Shown: positions 49,457 through 59,508, counted from the stretch's first letter. The stretch: 64,000 nt of DNA from an uncultured Gammaproteobacteria bacterium (GCA_963779865.1 CAVZZX010000003.1:1924429-1988428); one strand, 5' to 3'. Notes: a model not told the origin generated them from the letters alone. Program-made: numbers and translations.

Positions 49457-49840
49457 ATGCCGCTGCGCGTCCCGCCGCAGGCACGCCGGCTGTACGCGGC
49501 CGCCTGCGGCGAGCCGGTCCCGCCGGCCCTGGTGCTGCGTTGGCGCTGGTGGTGGGGCGCCTTTCGGGGCCTGGCGCTCGGACCGCTGGTGCTGGTGGCC
49601 GACCCGCGCGACGCGGCTCTGGTCTGCCACGAACTGTGTCACGTGCGCCAGTTCTACCGACAGCCGCTGAGCTTCGCGCCCCGCTACCTCTGGGAGCTGT
49701 ATCGCGTGGGCTACCGGCGCAACCGCTTCGAGCGGGAGGCCGCCGCAGTGGCGGCGGCCGTGCGCGCCCTCACTGCTGCTGGGTCCAGTCCAAGAACTGC
49801 TGGCGCTGGTCCGGATCGGCCAGCTTCCACCAGAACTTGA
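49457..49840 (+). CDS. Hypothetical small protein with HExxH-like motif (possibly degenerate)
   Basis: CHELCH motif; C-terminal tail low-complexity and overlaps convergent gene. Confidence 0.3.
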   Translation: MPLRVPPQARRLYAAACGEPVPPALVLRWRWWWGAFRGLALGPLVLVADPRDAALVCHELCHVRQFYRQPLSFAPRYLWELYRVGYRRNRFEREAAAVAAAVRALTAAGSSPRTAGAGPDRPASTRT

Positions 49841-50435
49841 GCCGCTCCAGCCGGTCGGCCTCGAGCACGCGGCGCTCCGCCGCCGCCGTGCCATCCGCCC
49901 CCGGCGCAGCAGCCGCGCTCGCCGCCCCGCCGCCCGCGAACGCGCCGCGGATCGCGCGGTTGATCTGGCTGCCGCCCGCGGCCACGGCGACGGCCTCCAC
50001 CCGCGTTCCGGTCGCCGGATCGGTAAGCCAGGCGCGCGGCTCGTCGGCGTAGGCGGTGGCGGCGGACTCGTCGGCGAGCTGCGGATAGTCGATGCGGTAG
50101 GTGGCGCCCGCACGCGCCTGAAACTGCAGGGCCATCACATCGGACACCACCAGCATGCTCGAGATGGAATCGCCCCACAGGTGTTTGTACACGAGCTGCA
50201 GGCGGTGCTCGCCCGGCAGCAGCTGCACCTCGTAGCGGCCCTCCGGGCGGTAGGGGATCTCGACCTTCTTGCCGTCGATGCGGCGCACCTCCAGGTCCAC
50301 GGGCACCATGACGCAGGCGATCTCGCCGGCCGGCCGCGGGGCACCGGAGTAGCTGCGCACCGGCCCCTTCACCGAGGCGCAGGCCGACAGGAATACGGCT
50401 GCGCAGAGCAGCCCCAGCACTTTTTTCGTGATCAC
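49770..50435 (-). CDS. Lipoprotein (possible transport-auxiliary lipoprotein)
   Basis: Lipobox FLSAC after GTG start with aaggag RBS. Confidence 0.5.
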   Translation of the reverse strand: MITKKVLGLLCAAVFLSACASVKGPVRSYSGAPRPAGEIACVMVPVDLEVRRIDGKKVEIPYRPEGRYEVQLLPGEHRLQLVYKHLWGDSISSMLVVSDVMALQFQARAGATYRIDYPQLADESAATAYADEPRAWLTDPATGTRVEAVAVAAGGSQINRAIRGAFAGGGAASAAAAPGADGTAAAERRVLEADRLERLKFWWKLADPDQRQQFLDWTQQQ

Positions 50436-50494
50436 GAACAGCTCCTTTCGGCGCGAGGGCCTCGATAAAAACCGGGAAGCGCGCGGGGCGGCCG

Positions 50495-51001
50495 CTACGC
50501 CACCAGGGCGCGCCGGGCGCGGCCGGCCACCTGGGCGGTGGCGAGCATGGCGAGCAGCACCGAGGCGGCATAGGCGTAGAGCCCGTAATGCAGCTCGACA
50601 TGCCCCAGGGCGCCGAGCTTGACACTCACCAGCAGCACGGCGACCACGAAGACGTCCAGCATCGACCACTTGCCGTACTGCGCCAGCCATTCCAGCGAAC
50701 GCGCGTGGCGGCGATGCAGCACCCCGTTCCACACCCGCGCCAGCAGCGCCAGCTTGAGCAGCGGCACCAGCAGCGTGAACAGGGCCAGCAGCACGAACAC
50801 GAACAGCTGGCGCTCGCGCCAGAGATCGGCCAGCGCGGTCAGCACGCTGACCGTGTTGCTGAACACGAACAGCTTCTCGAAGGTGAACAGCGGCGCCATG
50901 ATGCCCACCGCGTACAGCGCGAAGGCCGCGATCAACTCGAGGTTCAGCAGCGGCCCCAGGCGCGGGTGGCGGCGGGCCAGACGGGGCGATGTCGGTGCCA
51001 T
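50495..51001 (-). CDS. Paraquat-inducible protein A (PqiA) family membrane protein, short form
   Basis: PqiA-like TM core (WSMLDVFVVAVLLVSVKL). Confidence 0.55.
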   Translation of the reverse strand: MAPTSPRLARRHPRLGPLLNLELIAAFALYAVGIMAPLFTFEKLFVFSNTVSVLTALADLWRERQLFVFVLLALFTLLVPLLKLALLARVWNGVLHRRHARSLEWLAQYGKWSMLDVFVVAVLLVSVKLGALGHVELHYGLYAYAASVLLAMLATAQVAGRARRALVA

Positions 51002-51055
51002 GGCGCGCCTATGCTAGGATGTGCCGCTCCTGCAGACAAGCGTTCCGGCGCCCCC

Positions 51056-52249
51056 ATGAATCGCAACGTCCTCCTGTTGTCCGCGGCCCAGGCGCTGATG
51101 ATGAGCGGCAACTCGCTGCTGGTCGCGACCTCGGCACTGGTCGGCATCGCCCTGGCGCCCGATGCCGCCCTGGCCACCCTGCCCCTGGCGCTGCAATTTC
51201 TCGCCACCATGAGCGCCAGCATCCCGGCCTCGCTGCTCATGCAGCGTATCGGGCGCCGGGCGGGCTTCGTGCTGGGGGCGGCCATCGGCGCGGCCGGGGC
51301 ACTGCTGGCCGCCAGCGCCATCGTCGACGGCGACTTCGTGCGTTTCTGCATGGGCACGGTGCTGGTGGGGACCTTCAACGGCTTCGGCATCTACTTCCGC
51401 TTCGCCGCCGCGGAGGCGGCCGCAGAGGCGGCGCGCAGCCGGGCCATCTCCTACGTGCTGGCCGGCGGGGTGGTGGCGGCCTTCGTCGGTCCCAACCTCG
51501 CCAACTGGACCCAGGACTGGCTGCCGGGCGCCCAGTTCGCCGGCAGCTACCTGGTGCTGAGCAGCCTCTACGGCATCGCGCTGGGGGTGCTCGCCCTGAT
51601 CCACATCCCGCGGCCCACAGCGGACGAGCGCCGCACCGCCGGGCGCCCGCTGCGCCGCATTGCCGCCAACCCGCTGTTCGTGGTGGCGGTACTCGGGGCC
51701 ATGTTCGGCTACGGCATCATGACCTTCCTGATGACGGCCACGCCGCTGGCCATGCGCGGGCTTGCCTACCCGTTCTCGACCGCGGCCTTCGTGATCCAGT
51801 GGCACGTGTTCGGCATGTTCGCGCCGTCATTCTTCACCGGGCGGCTGATCGAAGCCTTCGGGGTACTGCGCATCATGCGCGCCGGGGCGCTGCTGATGGG
51901 CGCTTGTGTCGCCATCAACCTGTCGGGGACGGCGCCCTGGCAGTTCTGGCTGGCGCTGCTGCTGCTCGGCGTGGGCTGGAACTTCCTGTTCATCGGCGCA
52001 ACCACACTGCTCACGGAGACCTATCGCCCTGCCGAGCGGGCCAAGGCGCAGGCGGGCAACGACTTCCTGGTCTTCACCACCGTGGCGGCCGCGTCCCTGT
52101 CCGCGGGCAGCCTGCACTATCACTTCGGCTGGACCGCGGTGAATCTGGGCGTGCTGCCGGTGCTGGCGCTGGTGCTCATCGCCATCGCCGTGGCCGACCG
52201 GCACCGCCGGCGCACGGGCAGCGCGGCCGGCCTGGCGGCGCGGCAATAG
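51056..52249 (+). CDS. MFS transporter
   Basis: 12-TM architecture, MFS motif-like GRR between TM2-3. Confidence 0.8.
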   Translation: MNRNVLLLSAAQALMMSGNSLLVATSALVGIALAPDAALATLPLALQFLATMSASIPASLLMQRIGRRAGFVLGAAIGAAGALLAASAIVDGDFVRFCMGTVLVGTFNGFGIYFRFAAAEAAAEAARSRAISYVLAGGVVAAFVGPNLANWTQDWLPGAQFAGSYLVLSSLYGIALGVLALIHIPRPTADERRTAGRPLRRIAANPLFVVAVLGAMFGYGIMTFLMTATPLAMRGLAYPFSTAAFVIQWHVFGMFAPSFFTGRLIEAFGVLRIMRAGALLMGACVAINLSGTAPWQFWLALLLLGVGWNFLFIGATTLLTETYRPAERAKAQAGNDFLVFTTVAAASLSAGSLHYHFGWTAVNLGVLPVLALVLIAIAVADRHRRRTGSAAGLAARQ

Positions 52250-52287
52250 GGCTACACTTTGCGGCAGCGACACGCAACGGGGGATTC

Positions 52288-52518
52288 ATGGCGCAGCCGA
52301 TCGAACAGGTGGTGGAGATCGTCCAGGACTTGGACGTGGACGCCCGCCAGGAATTGGTGGAGAAGCTCGAGCACCAGCGCGGCATCCTCGCCGCCTGGTT
52401 TCCGGACGAGCCGCCCGGGCACCTCCTGACCGTGCGCTACGACCCCGAGTACTTCAGCCCCGCGACGCTGCTCGGGTTCATCGGCGAGCACCGCGTGAGG
52501 GGCCGCCTCCCGCAGTAG
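52288..52518 (+). CDS. Small HMA-like protein lacking CxxC (paralog of 33433-33675)
   Basis: 76 aa; shares conserved pattern with ORF 33433-33675. Confidence 0.4.
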   Translation: MAQPIEQVVEIVQDLDVDARQELVEKLEHQRGILAAWFPDEPPGHLLTVRYDPEYFSPATLLGFIGEHRVRGRLPQ

Positions 52519-52619
52519 TGCCCGCCCCCAACATGCCCGCCCGGAGTGGCGCCCGATTTCGGAGTCGCGCCCACGCGGTGGGGCGGCATCAGGCCCGGTC
52601 GCGCCGTGCCGCACCGCCC

Positions 52620-52811
52620 TCAGCGCCCGCGGCCGCCTTCGCGCTCACGGTCGGGACGTTCGCGCTCCCAGCGATCGAAGCAGTCCGTCCCGCAAAAATA
52701 CAGCGCGTAGTCCTCGCCCTCGCGCGTCTTCGCCTCCGAGCGCGGGATCTCCTTGAGACAGACCTCGCAGCTGACGTGCTCGTCCTGATACGGGCGCTCG
52801 GGTCCGGGCAT
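52620..52811 (-). CDS. DUF3330-like small zinc-ribbon protein
   Basis: CEVC...CGTDC Cys4 pattern in 63 aa. Confidence 0.5.
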   Translation of the reverse strand: MPGPERPYQDEHVSCEVCLKEIPRSEAKTREGEDYALYFCGTDCFDRWERERPDREREGGRGR

Positions 52812-52895
52812 GGCAGGGCCTCCTCCGTGTGCGGTAAAGCATCCAACCCCGCAAGTCTAGCGCAGCGCCGCGGTGCCACGCCGGCGGCGGCCCGC

Positions 52896-53276
52896 TCAGG
52901 CGCGCAGCGCGGCGATGCACAGCAGGACCCAGGCGGCCAGGAAGGCCGTTCCCCCGAACGGGGTCACCGCACCCAGCCAGCGCACCCCGCTGAGGGCGAG
53001 CAGATACAGACTGCCGGAAAACAGCACGATGCCGGCCAGCATCAGCCAGCCCGACCATTTCAGCAGGCCGCCGGCCGGCAGGTGCGCGGCGAGCAGGCCA
53101 ACCGCGAACAGGCCGAGCGCGTGATAAAAGTGGTACTGATTGCCGGTGTGGTACACGGCGAGCAGTTCGGGCGAGACGCGCCCGCGCAGCGCGTGGGCAC
53201 CGAAGGCGCCAATGGCGACCGCGAGAAACGCATTGAGGGCGCCGAGGAACAGGAACAGCTTTGCGAGGTACGGCAC
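52896..53276 (-). CDS. DUF423 (YgdD/TMEM256 family) membrane protein
   Basis: 4-TM, GAFGAH motif. Confidence 0.7.
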   Translation of the reverse strand: MPYLAKLFLFLGALNAFLAVAIGAFGAHALRGRVSPELLAVYHTGNQYHFYHALGLFAVGLLAAHLPAGGLLKWSGWLMLAGIVLFSGSLYLLALSGVRWLGAVTPFGGTAFLAAWVLLCIAALRA

Positions 53277-53506
53277 GGGAAAGCCTCCGCAGACTGGGGC
53301 CGAGGCAGTCTACGGCAAGCCCGCATTGCGCCACAAACCAGGCTCAGCGCTGCTCGCCCGCGGCGGGCGCTTCGACGGGCGGTCCCTCCGCCTTCTTGTA
53401 CCAGAGCGGCGCGAAGGCGGCGAAGACCAGAATGAGGATGAACAAGGCGAGCGCGATGTAGCCGAGTCGACGCTTCATGAGCCGCAGTTCCCTGTCGTTC
53501 GCGCGA

Positions 53507-53713
53507 CTAGTCGGCGGAAGTCACCCCGGAGGGGACCTCCAGCCAGACCTGGGCCGGGTCCCGGGCCAGCAGTTGCGCCGCCTGCTCCACCGAGAGACCT
53601 TCGCCCTCGGCGGCCCCGTCCGGGAGCAGCTTCTGGTTGAGGCGCACGCCGTGCCGGCGTGCATACTCCAGCGCCTCCTCGCCCTTCAGGACCACACTTC
53701 GATTGTCCGTCAT
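53507..53713 (-). CDS. Hypothetical small protein
   Basis: 68-aa ORF starting MTDNRS inside longer track ORF. Confidence 0.3.
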   Translation of the reverse strand: MTDNRSVVLKGEEALEYARRHGVRLNQKLLPDGAAEGEGLSVEQAAQLLARDPAQVWLEVPSGVTSAD

Positions 53714-54041
53714 CGCTCGTGTCCTCCGCGTTTCCCGCCCGCGGCCTACCGCGCGGGCGCGCTCTGCTGCGTCGCCGGGCCCGGGGCTTCGTGCACCACC
53801 CGCGGGCCGAAGGTAAGCACCAGGAGAATGATGGCCACCACGACCACCGCGATCCATGCCAACATCCGGCCCACGCCTGCGCCCTCCTCGGCTCGCTCGT
53901 CCTCCCGAGTCTAGCAGGACGCTGAAAACCGCAGCGCGGGTTCCGTACCGCAAGGCCGGACGCATGCGGCGCAGCGCCGGGGCGTCGCCCGGCCGCGCGA
54001 GGCCGCCGCGGGAGGGTTCGGCTGGCCGGCCGGCGGGCCGC

Positions 54042-54308
54042 TCAGGGCAGACGGCCGCTGGCCAGCAGCGCCAGCAAGACGGCTTCCGCGGCCATGCGCA
54101 GCACGCCGACGTTCAAGCCTGCCCGGGCGAGCCGCGGCCAGCGCGGCGGCCCCCGGTAGCGGCGGGCGGCGCGCCGGATCCCCACGTCGATGAACACGAA
54201 CCAGGCGAGCGATGCCGCGTAGATCCCCCAAAGCGCAGGCAGGGCCCGGGGCCCGCCGCTCAGATAAACGGCAATCAGCAAGCCCAGCAGCGACATGTTG
54301 CCGCCCAC
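54042..54308 (-). CDS. Hypothetical small membrane protein
   Basis: Two hydrophobic helices; start uncertain. Confidence 0.3.
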   Translation of the reverse strand: MGGNMSLLGLLIAVYLSGGPRALPALWGIYAASLAWFVFIDVGIRRAARRYRGPPRWPRLARAGLNVGVLRMAAEAVLLALLASGRLP

Positions 54309-54381
54309 CCCCCCACAGCCAGTAGCTCAACGCGAAGCGGACGCGCCCCTGCCAGAAACGGCGCCAGATCGGCAGGCCGAT

Positions 54382-54936
54382 TCAGGCGCCGGGCTCACGC
54401 GGTAACAGCCGGCCCGCCTCCAGATAACGGCGTGCGGCCGCAACGTCCTGCATGAGGCAGGCGAGCGCGGGATCCGCCCCCTCCCACTCCATTTCCAGCA
54501 GGGTGCCGCCGTTCACCGGCCGAAAGCGCAGCACGCCGCGCTGCGGCAAGGCGGCGCCCACCGCACCCTCCCAGGCAACCAGCGCATTGGGCTCATGGCG
54601 TGTGACCACCGCCACCCATTCCAGCGGCGCCGAGCCCGGCGGCTGGACCACCCAGCGCCAGCGGCCCTCGTCCAGCGCCTCGACGCGCCGCACGTGCGCC
54701 ATGAAGTGCGGCAGGCGCGCATAATCCGTCAGGGTCTCGAACACCCGGTCGAGCGGTGCCGCGAGCTGTATGCGCCGCCGCCGCGGTTGCGGGCGTCCGG
54801 CAGAGGCGGCGAGCAGCAGGCCGGCGGCGGCGCCGGCCAGCGCGGCGCCGATGCCGTGCCCCGACCGGCGTCCGGCCAGCAGCGCCACGCCGGTGCCGAG
54901 GCCGGCACCCAGCCAGAGTCGCGCCCGCAGCTCCAT
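54382..54936 (-). CDS. SRPBCC (polyketide cyclase/START-like) protein with N-terminal TM anchor
   Basis: N-terminal hydrophobic segment, SRPBCC-like core. Confidence 0.5.
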   Translation of the reverse strand: MELRARLWLGAGLGTGVALLAGRRSGHGIGAALAGAAAGLLLAASAGRPQPRRRRIQLAAPLDRVFETLTDYARLPHFMAHVRRVEALDEGRWRWVVQPPGSAPLEWVAVVTRHEPNALVAWEGAVGAALPQRGVLRFRPVNGGTLLEMEWEGADPALACLMQDVAAARRYLEAGRLLPREPGA

Positions 54937-54954
54937 GACCCGGCCGGGCGCGCC

Positions 54955-56121
54955 TCAGTGGACCGCCGGCTCGGTCCCGCCCGGCTGGCGGGCCGCGTCG
55001 CGTGCGGGCGTGCCGGTCTCGATGAAGGACTTCAGCCGCAGCAGGTCAGCGTCCAGCCGATGTTTGGGATCGCTCCCCAACAGCGCCAGCAGTGCATGAC
55101 CGGCCGCGCCCGCGACCGGGTTGTAGGTGAGCTTGACATCCAGGTTGGTGGAGCCGTCGTCCAGGCGCATGAAGCGCACGATTCCGGCGTGCTCCACGCT
55201 CGCGCCGTCGTCCGTGCGCCAGGCCAGCAGCTCGTTGGGGACCTCGGAGACCAGCTCGGCAATCCATTCCAGGCGCACGCCGCCGGGGGCGGCCAGCTTC
55301 CAGCGCGAGCGTCGGGCGTCCAGGCGCTCGACCTCCCGCACCTGCGACATCAGCCGCGGAAAGTTCTCATAGTGCGTGAACATCTGATAGACGCGCTCCA
55401 CCGGCGCCTCGATGTGGATGCTCTTCTGGATGTCCACCGCGCGGCGCCCGGCGCCAATGCCGAACAGCCGCCGCAGCTCCAGGTTGGTGACGGCACGCAG
55501 CAGCGCCAGCGCACCCGCGAGACCGGCGGTTGCCGCGGCCGGCGAGCGCCGCGAGGTCCCGTACAGCGCGGCCGCCGCCCCCGCCGTGCCGACGAGCAGG
55601 CGTGCCGTGGGGGACCAGTTCGCCTGCATCAGCTCGAAGCGGCCGCGCCCGGCCCGCGTGAGCGCGCCCTGCAGCCCGGGGACATGCGCGGGCGAGTCGT
55701 GGACCTCCAGCTCGTCGCGGACCTCGCGCACCCCGCGAATGGCGCGCACCCCGCGCAGCAAGGGCCCCACCTCGCCGGCGATCACGGGGCCGCCGAGCAC
55801 GATCGTCCCCTGCTCGCTGTGCACCCGGATCGAGTGCGGATGGCTGACCAGCCGCCCGAGCCCCGCGCGCACCCGCTCGGTGAGGACGCGCTCGTCGGCG
55901 TGATCCTCCCGCAGCCGCCGGCGCAAATCCGCACCCAGGCCGCGCGAGCGGTTCACGAGGTCGCGCCGCGTCAGGTCGATCGCGGCGCCGGTGCGGCGCG
56001 CCGCATGCAGGCTGCGGTCGCGCAGCACGCTGCGTCGGCGGCGCCCGCGATCCGGGTCGAGCAGGTACATGAGACCGGCACCGAGGCCGGCGCTCACCAG
56101 CAGCGAAACCGCCTTGTTCAT
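54955..56121 (-). CDS. Membrane-anchored BON domain + SRPBCC domain protein
   Basis: BON-like segment (RVHSEQGTIVLGGPV...GVREVRDELEV), SRPBCC C-domain; aggagg RBS. Confidence 0.5.
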   Translation of the reverse strand: MNKAVSLLVSAGLGAGLMYLLDPDRGRRRRSVLRDRSLHAARRTGAAIDLTRRDLVNRSRGLGADLRRRLREDHADERVLTERVRAGLGRLVSHPHSIRVHSEQGTIVLGGPVIAGEVGPLLRGVRAIRGVREVRDELEVHDSPAHVPGLQGALTRAGRGRFELMQANWSPTARLLVGTAGAAAALYGTSRRSPAAATAGLAGALALLRAVTNLELRRLFGIGAGRRAVDIQKSIHIEAPVERVYQMFTHYENFPRLMSQVREVERLDARRSRWKLAAPGGVRLEWIAELVSEVPNELLAWRTDDGASVEHAGIVRFMRLDDGSTNLDVKLTYNPVAGAAGHALLALLGSDPKHRLDADLLRLKSFIETGTPARDAARQPGGTEPAVH

Positions 56122-56326
56122 CGCTCCACCTCCTTGTCGGTCCGCCGAATCCAGGGGCGGCGGCGGGGCCGCTTGCGCCGCCGCAGAGTGTTGAGAGTCT
56201 AGTCGATCGGCAGCGGCCGGGCGGGCGCGGGAACAAGCGCTGGCCCCGCCCGCCGCCGGCCCGCCAGCCCCACGGGGGGCTACGCTTAGGGGACGAGTCG
56301 CGACCGGCGCAACACTGCGGGATACC

Positions 56327-57451
56327 ATGGAATCACACCGCACCATCGCTGCCCTGCTCGGCGAGCGGCACCAACGCATCCTTGCGCGCTGGCGCAAGGC
56401 CGTGCGGGAGCTGCCCGCGGCGCGTGGGCTGGAGGGACCGGCGCTGCGCGATCAGGTGCCCGACCTGCTCCGGGAGATCGCCCGCAACGTCGCCGTGGGC
56501 GAGTTCCGGGAGAAGAGCGGCAATCCCACGCCGGTACAGCTTGCCGCCGCCCACGGCATCGAGCGCATGCGCGCCGGCTTCGACGTCGAGGAGGTCGTCG
56601 CCGAATACAACCTGCTGCGCCGCAGCATCTTCGACGAGCTCGCCCAGCAGGGACAGAAGCTCAACGGCGCGAGCGCCAACTTCATCAACCGCTTGCTCGA
56701 CCTGGCCATCGGCGAATCGCTCAGCAGCTACGTGCGGCAGAAGTCCATCAGCGAACACGAGCGTATCACCGAGTATCTCGCCTTCGTGATGCACGACATG
56801 AAGTCGCCGCTTGCGGCCCTGACTGCCAGCCGGGACCTGCTCCACACCCGGGCGGGGGAGGATGCCGATCTCGCGACGGTGGACCGCAGCATGGGACAAA
56901 GCCTGGAGCAGCTCAACGCCCTCGTGCAGCGCCTCCTGGAGGAGTCGCGCAGCATGTCGCAGGACGTCGAAAACACGCTGCGCCCCGAACACCTGCCGCT
57001 GAAGGCGGTCGTCGATGCGGTGTTCTCCGCCATGCACGGCCCGGCCGACGCCCGAGGGGCGCAGCTGCTCAATCACGTTCCGGAGGATGTCGTCGTCGAC
57101 GCGGACCCGAACCTGCTCGACACGGTGTTCTCGAATCTCGTGCACAACGCCATTGAGCATGCCGCGGCGGCCCGTATCGAGGTCGGCGCCGAGACGAGCG
57201 GGGACATGCTGCGCTGCTGGGTCGCCGACGACGGCAGCGGCATCCCCGCAGACGGGCTGGGGCAGCTCTTCGAGCCCTACGCGACCGGCAATCCGGCGCG
57301 CGGCACCGGCCTGGGGCTGTACATGGTGCGCCGCTACGTGGAGGCGCACGGCGGCCGCATCCGGGTGCAGCCGCGCCACGACGGCGGGACCCGCTTCGAG
57401 TTTACGCTGCGTCGCGGCGGGGCCGGCGAGGACCCGTCCCCTGCCGCCTAG
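56327..57451 (+). CDS. Sensor histidine kinase (cytoplasmic)
   Basis: H-box FVMHDMKSPL, N-box LVHNAIEH, G-boxes DDGSGI, GTGLGL. Confidence 0.7.
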   Translation: MESHRTIAALLGERHQRILARWRKAVRELPAARGLEGPALRDQVPDLLREIARNVAVGEFREKSGNPTPVQLAAAHGIERMRAGFDVEEVVAEYNLLRRSIFDELAQQGQKLNGASANFINRLLDLAIGESLSSYVRQKSISEHERITEYLAFVMHDMKSPLAALTASRDLLHTRAGEDADLATVDRSMGQSLEQLNALVQRLLEESRSMSQDVENTLRPEHLPLKAVVDAVFSAMHGPADARGAQLLNHVPEDVVVDADPNLLDTVFSNLVHNAIEHAAAARIEVGAETSGDMLRCWVADDGSGIPADGLGQLFEPYATGNPARGTGLGLYMVRRYVEAHGGRIRVQPRHDGGTRFEFTLRRGGAGEDPSPAA

Positions 57452-57457
57452 GGTGGC

Positions 57458-58390
57458 TCAGCCGGGCGCCACGGCGGGCGCGGCGGCGCGATGGCGCTCG
57501 GCCTCCACGAACACGCGCTGGACGCGGGGAAAGCGCTGTTTGATGCCGTGATCGAGCGCGGCGATGGCCCGCTCGATGTCGGTGGCCGTGGCCGCATCGG
57601 CGAAGTCCACGCTCAGGTTCACCAGGATGAAGTCCGGCCCCATGTGCAGGGTCAGCACCTCGTTGATGTGCTCGACGATGGGACTGGCCGCGGCGATCTC
57701 GCGGATCCCCATCACCACCCCCGGCCTCGCACTCTCCCCGATGAGCAGGCCCTTGGTCTCGTAGGCCAGCCACCAGGCGGTCCCGCCGAGGATCAGACCG
57801 ATGAGCAGCGAGGCGATGCCGTCGAAATAGGGCCACCCGGTGAGCTCGCCCAGCAGGATGCCCACAAAGGCGACCGCCAGGCCGAGGATGGCGGCGGAGT
57901 CCTCGAACAGGACCATGAAGAGCGTCGGGTCCTTGCCGCGATGCACCGCCTCCACATAGCCTCGCTCGCCCTTGCTGCGCGAGAACTCGCGCAGCGCGAA
58001 GTACCAGGCCCCGCCCTCGAACAGCAGCGCCAGAGCGAGCACGATGTAGTTGATGAAGGCGTCGGTCACCGGCGCCGGATGCAACAGGTGCAGGATGCCT
58101 TCGTAGATCGAGATGCCGGCGCCCAGCGCGAAGATGAGGATGGCGACCACGAAGCTCCAGAAGTAGATCTCCTTGCCGTGGCCGAACGGGAACTGCGCAT
58201 CGGCGGGCCGGCGCGCGCGCCGCATGCCGTACAGCAGCAGCCCCTGGTTGCCGGTGTCCACCAGCGAGTGGATGCCCTCGGCGAGCATGGCCGAGCTGCC
58301 GGTGAACAGGGCCGCAAAGAACTTGGTGACGGCGATCAGGGTGTTGCCGATGAGGGCGGCGTAGACGACCTTGCGGGAGCCGGCGGACAT
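57458..58390 (-). CDS. Cation diffusion facilitator (CDF) family transporter
   Basis: 6-TM with HSLVD motif, C-terminal cytoplasmic domain. Confidence 0.8.
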   Translation of the reverse strand: MSAGSRKVVYAALIGNTLIAVTKFFAALFTGSSAMLAEGIHSLVDTGNQGLLLYGMRRARRPADAQFPFGHGKEIYFWSFVVAILIFALGAGISIYEGILHLLHPAPVTDAFINYIVLALALLFEGGAWYFALREFSRSKGERGYVEAVHRGKDPTLFMVLFEDSAAILGLAVAFVGILLGELTGWPYFDGIASLLIGLILGGTAWWLAYETKGLLIGESARPGVVMGIREIAAASPIVEHINEVLTLHMGPDFILVNLSVDFADAATATDIERAIAALDHGIKQRFPRVQRVFVEAERHRAAAPAVAPG

Positions 58391-58473
58391 GGTCGGGGTT
58401 CCATCCTGCGACGCCCGGACATCGGGCAGTGCCCTAATCATGGCGGCCCGCACCGGCGCCGATCAAGGCGGCC

Positions 58474-59037
58474 TCAGCCCTCCAGCGCCTCGCGCAGCTC
58501 GCGAAACAGACGGGCGAAGTCCGCCGGACGGTGGTGCGCGTTGGCCCCGCTCGGGTTGGGCAACACCCACAGCAGCGTGTCGCCGAGCGTCTCCGGCTGC
58601 CGTCCCAGCGCCGCGTGCGGCCGCTCGAAGGCGACGCGGTAGGCGCCGATGCCGAGCACCGCCAGACAGCGCGGCCGGTAGCGCTGCACCCGGCGGCGCA
58701 GGGCGCGCCCGCCTTCGATATAGTCCGCGCGCTCCAACTCGCCGGCCGAGGCGCTCGCCCGTGCCACCACGTTGGTGATCCCGCAGCCGTACTCGAGCAG
58801 GCGGCGTTCTTCGGCGGGCGCGAGCTGGCGGGGCGTGAACCCGCCGGCGTGCAACGCCGGCCAGAAGCGATTGCCGGGGCGGGCGAAATGGTGGCCGACC
58901 ACGGCGGTGTAGAGGCTCGGATTGATCCCGCAGAACAGCACGCGCAGCGCCGGGGCAATCACGTCCGGCACCCTCTTGTCGGCGGCGGCGCGAAGCTCGG
59001 CCGGGGTGGGGCGGTGCACGGGAACGGAAGGTCTCAT
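58474..59037 (-). CDS. mug: G/U mismatch-specific DNA glycosylase
   Basis: FCGINPS, NRFW, VLPNPSG motifs closely matching E. coli Mug. Confidence 0.8.
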   Translation of the reverse strand: MRPSVPVHRPTPAELRAAADKRVPDVIAPALRVLFCGINPSLYTAVVGHHFARPGNRFWPALHAGGFTPRQLAPAEERRLLEYGCGITNVVARASASAGELERADYIEGGRALRRRVQRYRPRCLAVLGIGAYRVAFERPHAALGRQPETLGDTLLWVLPNPSGANAHHRPADFARLFRELREALEG

Positions 59038-59121
59038 GCGGGCATGATACCGGAGCCGCCGCCCGCGGCCGAATGCCGGGCGCGCGCCGCGCCCGATTGG
59101 GGCCGGCCCCGCAGCGGGCCG

Positions 59122-59508
59122 CTAGTGCCGCTGGATGGTACCCGCCACGCCCGGCAGGGCGAGAAATTCCTCGGTGGGCCCACCCAGTTCCAGGAGCAGA
59201 TCCAGGTAGGCCGGCTCCAAGTAGCAGATGGTCAGGGTACGCGACACCAGAGCCTCCGCGGCCGCCGGGGCGAGCGGCCAGCTGGCCAGTTCGAGCCGCC
59301 GCGCCTGCGGCAGGAAATGGCGCCGGTAGAAGCCCTCGTGCTGCCCGGGTCCCGCGTACAGGAACTGGCGCCGCAGCCACAGCGGGACCTCGCGGAACAG
59401 GTGCGCGCCCTGCGGGCGCAGGACCAGCAGCCCGCTGCGTCCGGCGGCGGCCAGATTGAAGCCCAGCGCCGGGAGCGCGGTCGCGCCCGTTTCAAATAGC
59501 GTGATCAT
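59122..59508 (-). CDS. Hypothetical protein
   Basis: 128-aa ORF starting MITLFETG. Confidence 0.35.
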   Translation of the reverse strand: MITLFETGATALPALGFNLAAAGRSGLLVLRPQGAHLFREVPLWLRRQFLYAGPGQHEGFYRRHFLPQARRLELASWPLAPAAAEALVSRTLTICYLEPAYLDLLLELGGPTEEFLALPGVAGTIQRH

